Source of the DNA: Geosiphon pyriformis uo1
Lineage: Eukaryota; Fungi; Glomeromycota
Length of the DNA stretch: 64,000 nt
Assembly (NCBI GenBank): GCA_016748015.1
Contig: JAAOMT010000657.1
Location: 310,001-374,000 of the forward strand
Direction: 5' to 3'
The notes under the pieces were generated by a model that searched no databases, was not told the DNA's origin, and worked only from the letters and a program-made list of their open reading frames with translations. How positions within the stretch are numbered: the stretch's first letter is position 1; the number at the start of each line of letters is the position of its first letter. The position numbers and the translations under genes were made by a program. Below, piece by piece: positions 25,401 to 36,894 of this stretch.

Positions 25401-28400
25401 GATATTTGGATTTGGGAGTAGAGTGTGCTTTATAATTTCGATGAAATTAGAGACAATTTGAGGGTTTTCATCTTGAAAGATATTGCTGTATATGATTTCA
25501 ATTTTTAATTTGTTTAATAAAACAATAGGGTAATTATTGGGGTTGTAGAATGTAACTTGAAATTTTTTCATTCCTTTGGGAATATAAACATTTGGAATTG
25601 ATATTTCATGCTTCAAACAGATTTGTTCATTGGATTCAAAGATTTGTTGTGTAGTGGTGGGTTTTGAGCAAGTGTAAATTTCGTGATGTTCTCCAAAAGG
25701 TGAAATGGTAATTGGCTGAGGAAGTTAAAGAATCTGGTGAGATTCATTTTGTGTATTAAGAACTATGTTTACTGGAACTGTAAATCGTCCAGTTGAACCA
25801 AAATCTTGAGTTCTTCTTTCACTTTTTCCCAATTGTTCTCTGTTGTTTACTGATTGTAAACCCGAAATGTTGATTAAGGGTAAGTAAATTGCTTGGGCAA
25901 TTTTTTCAGCATGTTCAATTTTGAATAGTTTGTTGGTTTCATTCTGTAGCATAATTGTAATATTTCTTGTATATTCTGTATCTATAATTTTTCTTCTAAT
26001 ATTGATTCCTTTGCTTGCCAATGATGATTGAGAAGCAATTTGTATTATTGTTCCTGGTGGTATTTCAAGAGCAATTTTGAGATTAATTTTGGTTAAAGAT
26101 TTTGGTTGAAGAACCAAAGTGTTTTTGTCAGAATATCTTAGGTCATATCTTGCATCAATTTCGTGGGCTTTTTCTGGTTTTATTCCTTTTCCATCATTGT
26201 CAAAATATTTAAGTTGTATAGCAGGCTAGTTTTTAATAAGATAGATTGGGGTTGTTGTAATTATTTCTTCTGGCTTATGTTCTCTAAACTAAATTTTCTC
26301 TTGGTCATTTTCACTGGGCAAAAGGATGCTAAGAGCATAGCATTCTGAACACTATTTGTCATCACAAGGCATAATGTACTCTTTATATAATTGAATGTTC
26401 ATCTGTTCTAATCATTGAATTTGAGCTTTTTGGGTTGGGTAAGTGTAGTTTGCAATTTGGTGATATGTCTCTACTTCATCTTTATAATCAAATCCAGCTA
26501 ATTCCATGGTGTACTCAATATATTCGGCTTCTTTCATTTGGTGGACATCTTTTTAAGTGGCTCCATTGATTAATGCCATTGTTAGATCAAAAATCATTTC
26601 AGCATCATGAAAGTAGTGGTAAAGTTTATTGAGAGCACTGTTGTATACTGCATCAAATGGTGTCCCTTTTCTGACTTTTTCCGAGATTGATAGAACATAT
26701 TAACAGATTTGATCACATACTCCTCCTCTCATTGCTACATCAATCCAATTGCATTCTTCTGGTAGTATTTCTCCACATGTAAGGCAAGGTGTGTTGTCCC
26801 ATTTTCCACTTCTTTTTGGAGATCCAAATCGTTCTCTATGGCATGCTTTGCAAAAGTAACAGGTACAAGTTTCATATTCCTCTTCTGGAGAAATACATGC
26901 TCCCATTGATGAAAGTTTTTTGTTGCAATCTTTGCATTTGAGTGGAATATAGAGTGGTTGTTTCTGTGGTTCTGGTATAGAATATCTAACTTTTTTCCAT
27001 TCTCTTGATTCTTCGAAAATCTCTTGTTCAGTTTCTTCAGTCCAATTGGATGTTGATCCAAGAGCCATGTGGATTTCAGTAAGTGGCATTTCTTTCTCTT
27101 TTTCAAATTCAAATACTGGAGCTTTTTCTGATTGTTTGTTAAAGGTATCACAGATTGCAGATACTATAGTATATTGTCCTTGGTATGAGATTTTAAGTTC
27201 TTGAGTTTCCCAGTTCAGGTTTGCATTGGCCTTGAGAAGCCAATCATTTCCGATTAGAGCTTGGTATTGGGGTGCATCCATAACAAGAACTTTAACTAGA
27301 ATGGTGATTCTATTAATTGAAAAAGAGAAATCATCAATTTCTCCTACTAGAGTCTTTTTCATACCATCAGCTGTGACAATAACTGTTTGAGCTGGTCTGT
27401 CTACATTTCATTTGAGTTGTTGCATCAGCTGGTAAGTAATAATACTTCCAGCTGATCCACTATCTAAGATTAAGCGAATGGGTTTTCCTTCCACTGTAGC
27501 TTCTGTGTACATGGCAGTAATTGCTTTCTGTTCATTGACTGCTGCATTACTAAGCAGAAATGGTGATTTATTTGCCTCAAATTCAAATGGAAATATATTT
27601 GACAGATTAGCATTTTGGGCAATTTGAGTTGGGAGAATGGTGTGGTTGGAAAAGTTTGATCTTGGTGCTGTAATTTCACCTTCAGAAAGTGCAGTTTGTT
27701 GAAAATCCGATTCCTCTGGTATTGTAAGATAACTGGGTTGAGTGTGATAGTGATTGGGTCTTTGCTGGCCCAAATTTCGGAGAACCAACTGGTTATTTGG
27801 ATTGATTCTGTTGTGGTTATTCTGCAATTGATTTTGGAGTGTGAATTGGTTATGTTGAACCAATCTTCTTGCTAGTACTTGATATTGTTGAGTGGGTGGT
27901 GTCTGATATGGCTGAATTGGTAAAGGTTGCTGATATTGTTGCTGCATTGATTGTAAAGCTGGTGAATAGTAACTGTTTTGATTTTGTGGTCTTGGTGAAT
28001 AATAAGTTGGTGATGGAGATTGATAATAGGATTGTTGTGGTGAAAAGTAATGTTGATTTACTCCTGTTTTGTTGGTCTCTTTGTAATTTCCTACAATCTT
28101 GTTTCCAGTGTCCTGGAATTCCACAATAGTGACAATTTTGAGATTGGTTGTTAGATAATGATCCAAAATTGTTTTGGTTGCGTTATTGTGGGGGTTGATA
28201 TCTTTGTGGTTGTTGTTGCTGTTGTTGTTGGTTTGTGAAATAGCTTTCAACTTTTTTTGTGAGTTGGTCTATCTTCTTTTCAGCTGCTGAGCTGGTTTCT
28301 CCAATTGCAAGGTTTACAAGCTTGGTGTGATTTGCTTTTTCCATTGCCATTTCATAGCTCTTTGCATGTCTAATAGCAGTTGCTAAGTCTGCTGGAGCAT

Positions 28401-29565
28401 GTGGATGGACTTTTTTAATCAGTTTGTCTTTTAACCCTGCTATAAACTGATCCAAAATTTGAGCATCAGAATAGTAGTCATTGGTTTCCAATTGTTAGAT
28501 TTGTCTAAGAAGTTTGTTAAATCTTTCAAGATAGGTCATAACAGATTTAAATATTTCTTGTTTGATATTGTGAAAGCAGTTTCTGAGAGTGATAGAGGTA
28601 TTGTTGTCAGTGAATTGTTGTAGAAAAGCATCTTTGAATGCTTGCCAGTTTTCAAATGGTTCTTCTAAATTTTCAAACCATTTTCCTGCTGTTCCTTGGA
28701 GAAAGTAGGGAATTGCTTTGAGCATTCTTGCTGCAATCCAACCATTTGCATCTCCTGCTTTTTGAACTTTGTCCAGCCATTCTTGGGGACTGGTATCATT
28801 GTCTTTACCAGTGAATTCTGGGATTTTTGCAATGTAAGCAGTTGTTATTTCTTCTTCGTTTTCTGGAATTTCTTCTGGTTCTGATTTAGTTTCTTTACTT
28901 TCTAAGCTTTCTGAATGATTACTTTCGTTTTTCTGTAAGTAATCAATGATGTTGGCACTTGTTGATATTGGTTCCTGCTGTTGAGTAGGATTTTTAGGTG
29001 ACTGAAAATCTTCTGGTCTGAAGAAACGGCTAAGTGGTGAACTTGGTGTTTGCGGTTGAACAAGTAAAATTGGAAATGGTGTAATAGAAAGTGGTAATTT
29101 GACACTGGTTTTTTGTTCAGGTGTTTGCAAGTGTTTGGCAGTTGTCTTTTGTAGTGTTGGAGTGTTTGAAATGGTTCTTAAGTATTGCTTCAATCTTTGT
29201 TTGCTTTTATTGCTTGTTTTTGTCTTTGATTTAAAGTCAAAAGAGTATTTAGACTGTACTGGGTATTTTTCTTCACAATACTTAATAATATTAAAATTAA
29301 GTTCTTGGAAGTAGGTAGCAAGTGTTTCACTGTTTAGGTCTTCTGTTCCCAAATGTGAATAATGCACTAAATTATTGTAAAGGTTGCTTCTAACTTCTGA
29401 AATGTTGTAGTTTCCAAAAAGATAATTGTTGATGTGGTTTTCAATATATTGGTATACTGATTTCTTTACAATTTCAATTCCGTCTGGAATGTTGAATCTT
29501 TGCTTGCAGTGGATGTAAATTGACTGGTAATACTCTAGAGTTGCTGTGTCTGGTGTGGTTGCCAC
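22498..29565 (-). pseudogene. gag-pol polyprotein of copy D (ancestrally one ORF)
   Basis: CA-like region (YIAKIPEFTG..PQEWL..KQE..VMTY); CCHC CHYCGIPGHWKQDC; PR LILDSGSAGS; Cys-rich domain; dUTPase 25725-26117; RT YFDDI; RNase H (ATDAS); integrase HHCC and DDE core 22953-23672; GPF motif WDGPFYI. Confidence 0.96.
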
Positions 29566-29598
29566 TTTGAATTTGTTGTTGCTGTGTTATTTCTGTGG

Positions 29599-29608
29599 GA
29601 GAGCACCA
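29599..29608 (-). promoter_or_regulatory. Primer-binding site TGGTGCTCTC (copy D; also 14660-14669, 58513-58522, 20631-20637)
   Basis: 2 nt after the LTR CA end; complementary to a tRNA ending GAGAGCACCA (elongator-Met/Thr-like acceptor stem; identity not confirmed). Confidence 0.85.
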
Positions 29609-29610
29609 AA

Positions 29611-30258
29611 TGTTACCGGAGGTTTTTGGTCTCTTTTTTTAAATGTTGGTAATGTTAATTTGCTGTGAATTCACGTTTTCAGGAAGTAGTTGAACCTCCA
29701 ATAACTGAATTTATCTTCAAATTATTTCCTATAATTTGAACNNNNNNNNNNNNNNNNNNNNATTAAAGAATTTGGTTTTTTGAATTATTTGATATTTATT
29801 TCTTTTTGTGTGTATAGAAACGGTTTTAAGAGATAAATCTAAAGTAAGATACATTTTCCAGAAGAGAAAAGCTCTTCTTTTATACAACTTGTTGTAGTAC
29901 TAGTTTATAAACTTGCACTTTTTTCTCTTTGCCCAAATTCCGGCAAACTAAAGATACATTTTGATGAACTACAAGTTATTTCGCTGAACTATTGATTAAT
30001 TTGGGTGAACTATTCATAATTTCGGCGAATTTCTGTAAATTTCGGCGAATTTTTGAATGTTACAGAGTTCAGGGTATTGTGTAATTTGATCATCTTACTT
30101 TCTGTTATACTAATTAGATTATTTTAATTGAATCATGATATGTGATAATTGATTAAATAATAACTGATAATTTGAAATAATATTAATATACTAATGAATT
30201 ATAGGAATTATGAGGGTAATTTCATGCTAATTTAATAGCTAAAATTCTACTGGTAACA
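29611..30258 (-). repeat. 5' LTR of copy D (contains assembly gap 29742-29761)
   Basis: Direct repeat of 20790-21657; adjacent PBS. Confidence 0.95.
29877..29884 (-). promoter_or_regulatory. Putative LTR TATA box TATAAAAG (also 57911-57918 on +)
   Basis: Conserved GTATAAAA(A/G) in family-B LTRs, just downstream of the U3 tandem repeats. Confidence 0.6.
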
Positions 30259-30262
30259 ATGG

Positions 30263-30923
30263 TTTTTTCTGTAAATTTTTTTTTTAGCATGGTGGCCAGT
30301 TTATTTTAACAATTATGCTCTTTTGGTAAGCTATTTTTAAATTTCTACTTTTGTTTTTGGGTTTTTTACCAGACTATTTTTAATGTTAATTATTCAGCAT
30401 TTAATTTTTTTAATCAATTAGTAAACAATAAAAAAATAAAATAAAAAAAAATAAAAAATTAGTATTTTGTTAATAGCTGTGATCAAGAGCTATTGGTTTA
30501 ATGTAATTAAGTATTAGATTCTATCAACATAAAGTGTTAATAATAGCAAAAGTAATTAATATTTTTAATCAAATAATAATAACATAAATTGAATGATAAT
30601 TAGATATTTTATTAATATTAATAAAATTTTATTTTAAATTATAGAAAACTATTTTTTAAAGAGAAAGATATTGTTATTCTAAATTCTATTAACTTGAATT
30701 CTATTGAATTAACTACTTTTTTTGCTTGTAATATGCTTATTATATATATATAATTTATGTTATATAAGATTCTTTAAAATTCTTTAATTTTTTTGAAAAG
30801 AATTCTGGAATTTTAAAATCCTGCAATTCTTTAAAAAAAATCTTAGAATTTTTCTTTTTATTATACTTATTTCTGATTGGCTATTTTACTTATTATTATA
30901 ATTTCTAATTTTTATGAGTAACA
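30263..30923 (-). repeat. 5' LTR of copy C, U3/R part
   Basis: Continues the family-A LTR after the ATGG TSD; ends GAGTAACA at 30923 (= TGTTACTC on minus). Confidence 0.85.
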
Positions 30924-30927
30924 CTAG

Positions 30928-33900
30928 TTTATTTTTTTCTTAATAAATTTATTATTATGTTGATTAAATTAATAAGACTTCAAATAAATAAGACAAGTTT
31001 CTTTGGTAGTAATAATATGTTGTATTATATAAGTATATTTAGAAGTATTATCTTTTTTTGAAATAATTAGGCTGTTTTTAGCCAACAGATTTTTAATGTT
31101 TATTTTTTTTTCTTTTAGGAAGAGTGTTTTTGCTTTATTATTAATAACTGTATCTTTGGTGGTTTATTTTTAAAAAACTTTTGCACTTTTTTTATCTTTT
31201 TTCTTAGTATTAAGCTAATTGGTTTCCAATTTTTGTAATTGATTAAGCAAAATTTGCATTTATTATTCAAAAAATATAATAGTTTATTGTACTAGTATCA
31301 GATACAAAAACCATATCACTAATAACTATATTTAACTTTATTGCCAGATTTTTGGTCAAAATTTTTTTTGAGTATATTATAATAAAATTAGTAGATTATC
31401 TTGTTATTTACAATGATTTTTTTTTTGTCTGCTTTGATATTATTTAGTAAATTGTTTTTACTAGTAAGATAATATAAGTGAGTTTAATAGTTTTTTCTTG
31501 TTCTTTTTCATTTTTTTTTATCAGTTTCTTTATTATCTGATTCATCTAATTATTTTTTTTGGGTTTTGCTTAGATACTGAAGGATTTGTTCAATAGCAAC
31601 ACTTAACTACAATAGACTTTTTACTACATTTAATAGTTAATTTACACAGTTTATAGTCAAACAAAGCTTTGGTTTTCTTAAATTATTTATTGCCAACAAT
31701 TATGATATATTTTTTGATTTCAGATATTTTTATGTTAATTTTAATACTAATGCTATTGATGTAAACAAAAACAGTTTTGGCAATATTCAGACCTTTTTTT
31801 TTATCTTTATGTACATTGGTTATAGAGTAAATTGAAGATTTATTAATTTTTCTACCAATAGTTTTAAGGAAATGTTTGGCAATAATACTAACAAATAATC
31901 CATTATCTAGAATTAAATCAATAAAGTAACCAGCCACTTGGGTTTTACAAATTAAAAGAGTAATATTACTATTGTTAATAAGTTCAGTTTGATAAAAGTG
32001 CTTGTTGGTTTGGTGTTTTTTTTTTAAAAATTAAGAATTTTCGAAGATTTTTTTTAAATTGTGGATGAATCATTAACTGACCAAAGATAATATGTCTAAG
32101 AGTTTCTATAAGATCTTTGACAATGGAATAGGGGCCAAATTTTTGTATTATCTTTAAGAGTTCTAACTTTGGAGAATTTTTAAAAACTTTAGTCTTTGAT
32201 GACTTATTGTTATTAACAACAGAAGTTAAAGTTTTGTTGGAATTTAAAACAAAATCAATCTTGGTTTTTTTTTCTTTCTTGTGAATTCAGAGAGATTAAT
32301 AGCTAATTCATTTATGTTAAACTAAAGAATCCTCTTCAAAAAATTAATATTAGCATGATTAAGTCTTTAATTAAGAAAATTATTGTTATTAAATTTGTTG
32401 TTTTCAGTATTATTGTTTTTAAAAGCTAAAAAAGACAATAAAAGATTATTACAATCTCTTAAAAAATGTTCAGTTAATTTACAATGATAGCATACAGATG
32501 GGCCATAATTTTGCTGTCTTTAATAAAAAGGCTGCTAAGACTAATTAAAGTGTAGTTTAAATCTGAGTCTTTGTTATTGTTGGTTTTTTCTAACTGCTTG
32601 TGCCAAAAGCTTTAATAGCCAGACAAAATTGGCTGTAAATCTGTCTATTAATTGTTTTTTAAATCTTGAATTTGGGCAGCAAAAAAAGTAGCAGTTATTT
32701 AAGAAACAGAAATCAGAATAAAACCAGAAGCAAAAACTGGAAGAGTAGATTTTAAATACATTTTTTGATTGTTTTCAATCTTTTACACAAGTTTAATAAC
32801 TATATTTATTGTGAAATTATTTTTTAGGACCAAAAAAAACCATAAAGCATAAGATAAGTCAGTTCTTAATTCTTTTGTAAAGAAGTAAATTTTTTGCTCT
32901 TTAGTTTAGTTTTTTCCAGTATCTACTTTTTTAATAAGCTTTCTTATTGTTTTTGCATATTTAGTTACAACTTTACTAAGACCTTGAGTTTTTTTTTCTA
33001 GTTTTATATGCTATTTAGAGATTAAGATAGGAGTTCTAAATTTGTTTTTAAACTAAATAGTAAAGAAAATGTTTTTTTTTTTAGTATTTGTTAGTGTTTA
33101 TTTGATAATTTTTTGGTAAGCACCAATGTTAGTTTTTTGTGAGAACTATGTAACAAAAAAATCTTGGAAATAGCCACCAATGATTTGAAATTTGTAATTA
33201 GTATCATATTGGTTGGCTGTAACTGTTTTTTCAAAGTTATTTAACTATTTAATTGAATCCTAAACATTACTTCTAAATAATGATAATAGAGTGTTGTTTC
33301 TTTACACTAAAGCAGTTTGTATATCTTAAAGAGCTGCTAAGATGTTTACTTACATGGAGTTAACAATTATTAGTTCAGGAATAACTGTTTAAATAAAAGA
33401 GTTTAATTCACTTGAGAAAAGATCAAAAATAAGAGTAGTTTGATAAGTTTTTTTTTCTGTTTCAAAAAAAGTTTCAGCTAACTAATGGACAGCAATTCAG
33501 ATATAAATTTGGTAATTCAGATATTTAAAATCAGAGAGTTGTTGTTCAAAAATTATTGAGTATAAGAGTTGATTAATATTGTTGTTTTTTTCTTCAAAAG
33601 TTTCTTTAAAGTAAGCTTGATTAAAGAAATAAATTGTATAGGCTGTACAGATTTCAGCTAAGTAATTATTTAGGAACCAGTTTCAAAAATTTTGAAATTG
33701 TTTAATGAATTTTTTTTCAACAAAAAAGCAAATTAAACAAGAAGACAAAAGATTGAGTTCAATAAAATCTAGATTATTTCTGTTGTATATTGTAAAGTGT
33801 TCTTTTGATTATTGTGACAAATATGAATAATCATTTATACAATAAAAAACAAAGTGAATTTTGACAATCTTACAGAAAACACTACTTTTATGTTATGAAT
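30928..33900 (-). mobile_element. Ancient third-family Gypsy relic G (gag and protease)
   Basis: Protease IDLILDNGLFVSII (31683-31937); zinc knuckle CYHCKLTEHFLRDC (~32450-32495); gag-like region ~32800-33360; no LTR recognised; right boundary approximate. Confidence 0.75.
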
Positions 33901-35056
33901 TAGAATAACAAGTTAACAGATAGCAAGAAAAAACAAAATTATAAGTTAATAAAATTAATTAAAAAGGATTTAATTTTAAGGAGCAAATTAAATAAGTATA
34001 AATTTAATGTACAAAATCAGTTTTATAAAATATCTCAGTTGTTATTTTTTTTAAAAAATAATTAAGGAATCTAAAAATAAAGAGATAATTTATACTGTCA
34101 ACAAATAATAATACACTAATATAATTCTATGTCTTATGTTAACACTTTTAGAATTTGATATTAAGTATCAGATATACTTTTTAGTCATGTTTTATTTAAT
34201 AATCTTTAAATGCTACAATTATATAAGTTAGAAAAAGAATAGGTAAATGCCAAAAAATAATCTTTTATTCTAAGATGTTCAAATACTTAAAAATAAGAAA
34301 AAAAAAATAAGCAATAGGAAAAAAATTAAGATAATAATTGTTATTTTATTTATTCTTAATTAATTGCTACATATTTTTCTACAGCTAAAAAATTCACCAC
34401 TTATATAGCTATTAAAAATAGTTAACAACCAGATTAATAATTAAGTCAATAATTAAATTATTAATTAAATCATTAATTAGGTTAATAATTACTATTTAAA
34501 AATAAGGTGGCTAATTATGTAATATTAGTGGCTAATACATGTAATAATTAATAAAAACTATGGTTTTTAACTATAACAATATTATATATTAAAAATTTTT
34601 AACAAAAATAATATATCTAATAAAATAACAATTTTTATTACTATATTTTATTAAATGTAATTTAGTTATTATCTACAAATTACAAGATATATATTTAAAT
34701 ATAAACATAACTTATGCATTTTTTATATAATTATTTATCTAAACCAAATAAGATTACAATAATATTTCATTTAATTTATATATTTATTTTACAAGTTTTA
34801 AAAAAATTTTAAACTTAATATAAATACTTTTTTTACTATTTTAATATGCTATTATTGCATTAAAATCAAAGTTTTTAGAGCTTAAAAAATATTTAATGTT
34901 AATATTAAACCATTTAATCTGTTAAAAACTTCTTTTTCTCTTACCTTCATAAAACCTCAAAAAACATATTTTAAAAGAAGTTTTTTCTGTTATTTCATAC
35001 TGTTTTCCATTATTTTACAAGAAACAAATTTTTTTGTTGTTGACCTGGCTGCTTCC

Positions 35057-36894
35057 ATGAGTAGTACTAGTACTAAAAGAAGGTCGACTAGAGTTCCAAC
35101 TTCTGGTTCGGTTAGTAGTAGTTCAAGTCATAAGATTAAGGAACCTTCTGGTAGTGCTAAGCTATCAAGTAATGGCGCGACTCTCAAAGGTAGTGGATCT
35201 GGTCCAGACAGTTTAATAGCATAGATACTGATGAGGAGGCTTCCGAAGGTGAAGGAGTATCTGATTCCAAGATGAATACATCCCAAGCCAAGCATTTCAA
35301 TAATGGTGTAATTGTTAGCTCCCCCCTCTGCTTTATTAATTATGACATGGAGAAGAAAGAGAAGATTTCTCTTCCCTTCCATAAGTCTTTTTCTTTGAAT
35401 AAGGCATGGATTGATCCCAAAATCATTAAAACTCAGGTGGAAGTAGCTGTAAAAAAATCTTTCACTTTGGACATCAATCTTTCGGCTGTGGAAGGGAAAT
35501 CGGCAATGGCCAAAACTCATGTCATAAGAAAATTATTTTCAGAAATCAATGGTTTTGGGGGAGCCACTACTCCCTTAAAATTTGAAGGGATCATCAAATC
35601 TACCTTCACCTCTAAAGCAAGTATGGAAAAGGCCATCTCTTTGGCCAGAGAAAATAACATCATAATAAACAGTGATCTTAAGAAACAAAGAATTCGCTCA
35701 GATCAGGCTGTAATAATCAAGGAAATTCCCATGGATACACCAAAAGAAATGATCATCGCCGCAGCATCCGAGTTTGGATAAATTAAGTTGATCAAAATCT
35801 AACTTATTGGTTTATGACAGAAGGCTGTGGTAAAATTTGCCGAATTGGAACAGACTGTGTCTTTGGCTGCTAAGTAGTCTTTCCTAATTGGTAAAAACTC
35901 AGTTCGTGTGGCTGTGGTGGTGGGTGATCATGATACTTAGACTTCTAGAGATTAATTCAGGGCATTTTTGTTTACTTTGCCTGTGGAAACAACTGCCCAT
36001 AATCTCAGTAATCTATTGGATAGGACTGGTGGGAAAAGTTGTATAATCAACCATTCCTTGAAGACTGAAAATAGGTTTCACTGTGCTGTAGTTGGCTTTG
36101 AGTCTAATGAAATGCTGGAGTCTGCTTTTCACACAGAACCAATCCTTGGTGGTATAAAGCTTTCTTGGACTAGATTGAATCTGGTTCAGTGTAAGTGGTG
36201 TAGAAAATTTGGTCATTCTACTTTGGAGTGTGATGTTGAGATCACTTCTACTTCTAAATCTCCCAAGTCTTTTAAAAGGGTTGTCTCTGATGAGAACTGC
36301 CTCCAGTTGGCCCAATTGTATGCAAAAAAAGGTGTGCCTATTGCTTAACTGGTTGCTTTTGGTGACAAATCATGAGCCCAAGTAGTTTTTTTTGCACTCT
36401 TATCTAATAATCCTCATTTTGGTTTTGATCCTGGTTTTGGCTCTCTTTCTTCTGGTGTCTCAGGTGTAATTGGTTCCTCTCCTCATATGGTTCCTGCTAG
36501 TACATCTTTGAAGGCTCGTCTTGCTTCTTTGGAGCATTCTGTGAAGCTTCTTGTGGATAAGGTGTCTAGTATTATGAGTAAACTTGATAATTTGGTCTTG
36601 GTGCCCTCCACTCTTACCTCCTTTTCTCAAAATTTGGTGGTTCTAGTTGTGGCAAATGTGGAGTTTGATTCGAACATAGCTCTGAATGATCCTAAGCCAG
36701 TACTTCTTCCCTCTCCTTTGGTTTCATCTAGTACTTCAGATTTAGGTTTGAGTAGTTCAAGAATTTTGACCTCAAAAGTGGGCTGTTTGGAGTCTAAGTT
36801 GATGGCTCTCGAGGCTTCAGTTTGTTCAGTTTTGGAGAAGTTAGATCAGATGTGTACTGGCTTGAGTTCTGCAGTTTCCTCTGTATCTCAATGA
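35057..36894 (+). pseudogene. LINE ORF1 (RNA-binding, CCHC knuckle, coiled coil), disrupted
   Basis: ATG at 35057; fragments 35272-35781, 35968-36348 (CKWCRKFGHSTLEC), 36487-36894 (heptad-like LKARLASLEHSVKLL). Confidence 0.8.

Larger units (their letters stand above)
20790..30258 (-). mobile_element. Full-length Ty3/Gypsy copy D (family B), best-preserved copy
   Basis: LTRs 20790-21657 and 29611-30258 are nearly identical where comparable; perfect TSD ATGG (20786-20789/30259-30262); PBS 29599-29608; PPT GAGGAGGAGA 21661-21670. Confidence 0.97.

Noticed and set aside
25480-25720. Second degenerate dUTPase-like fold after the dUTPase
   Set aside because: Beta-rich pattern is suggestive but no dUTPase motif is recognisable; needs a profile search
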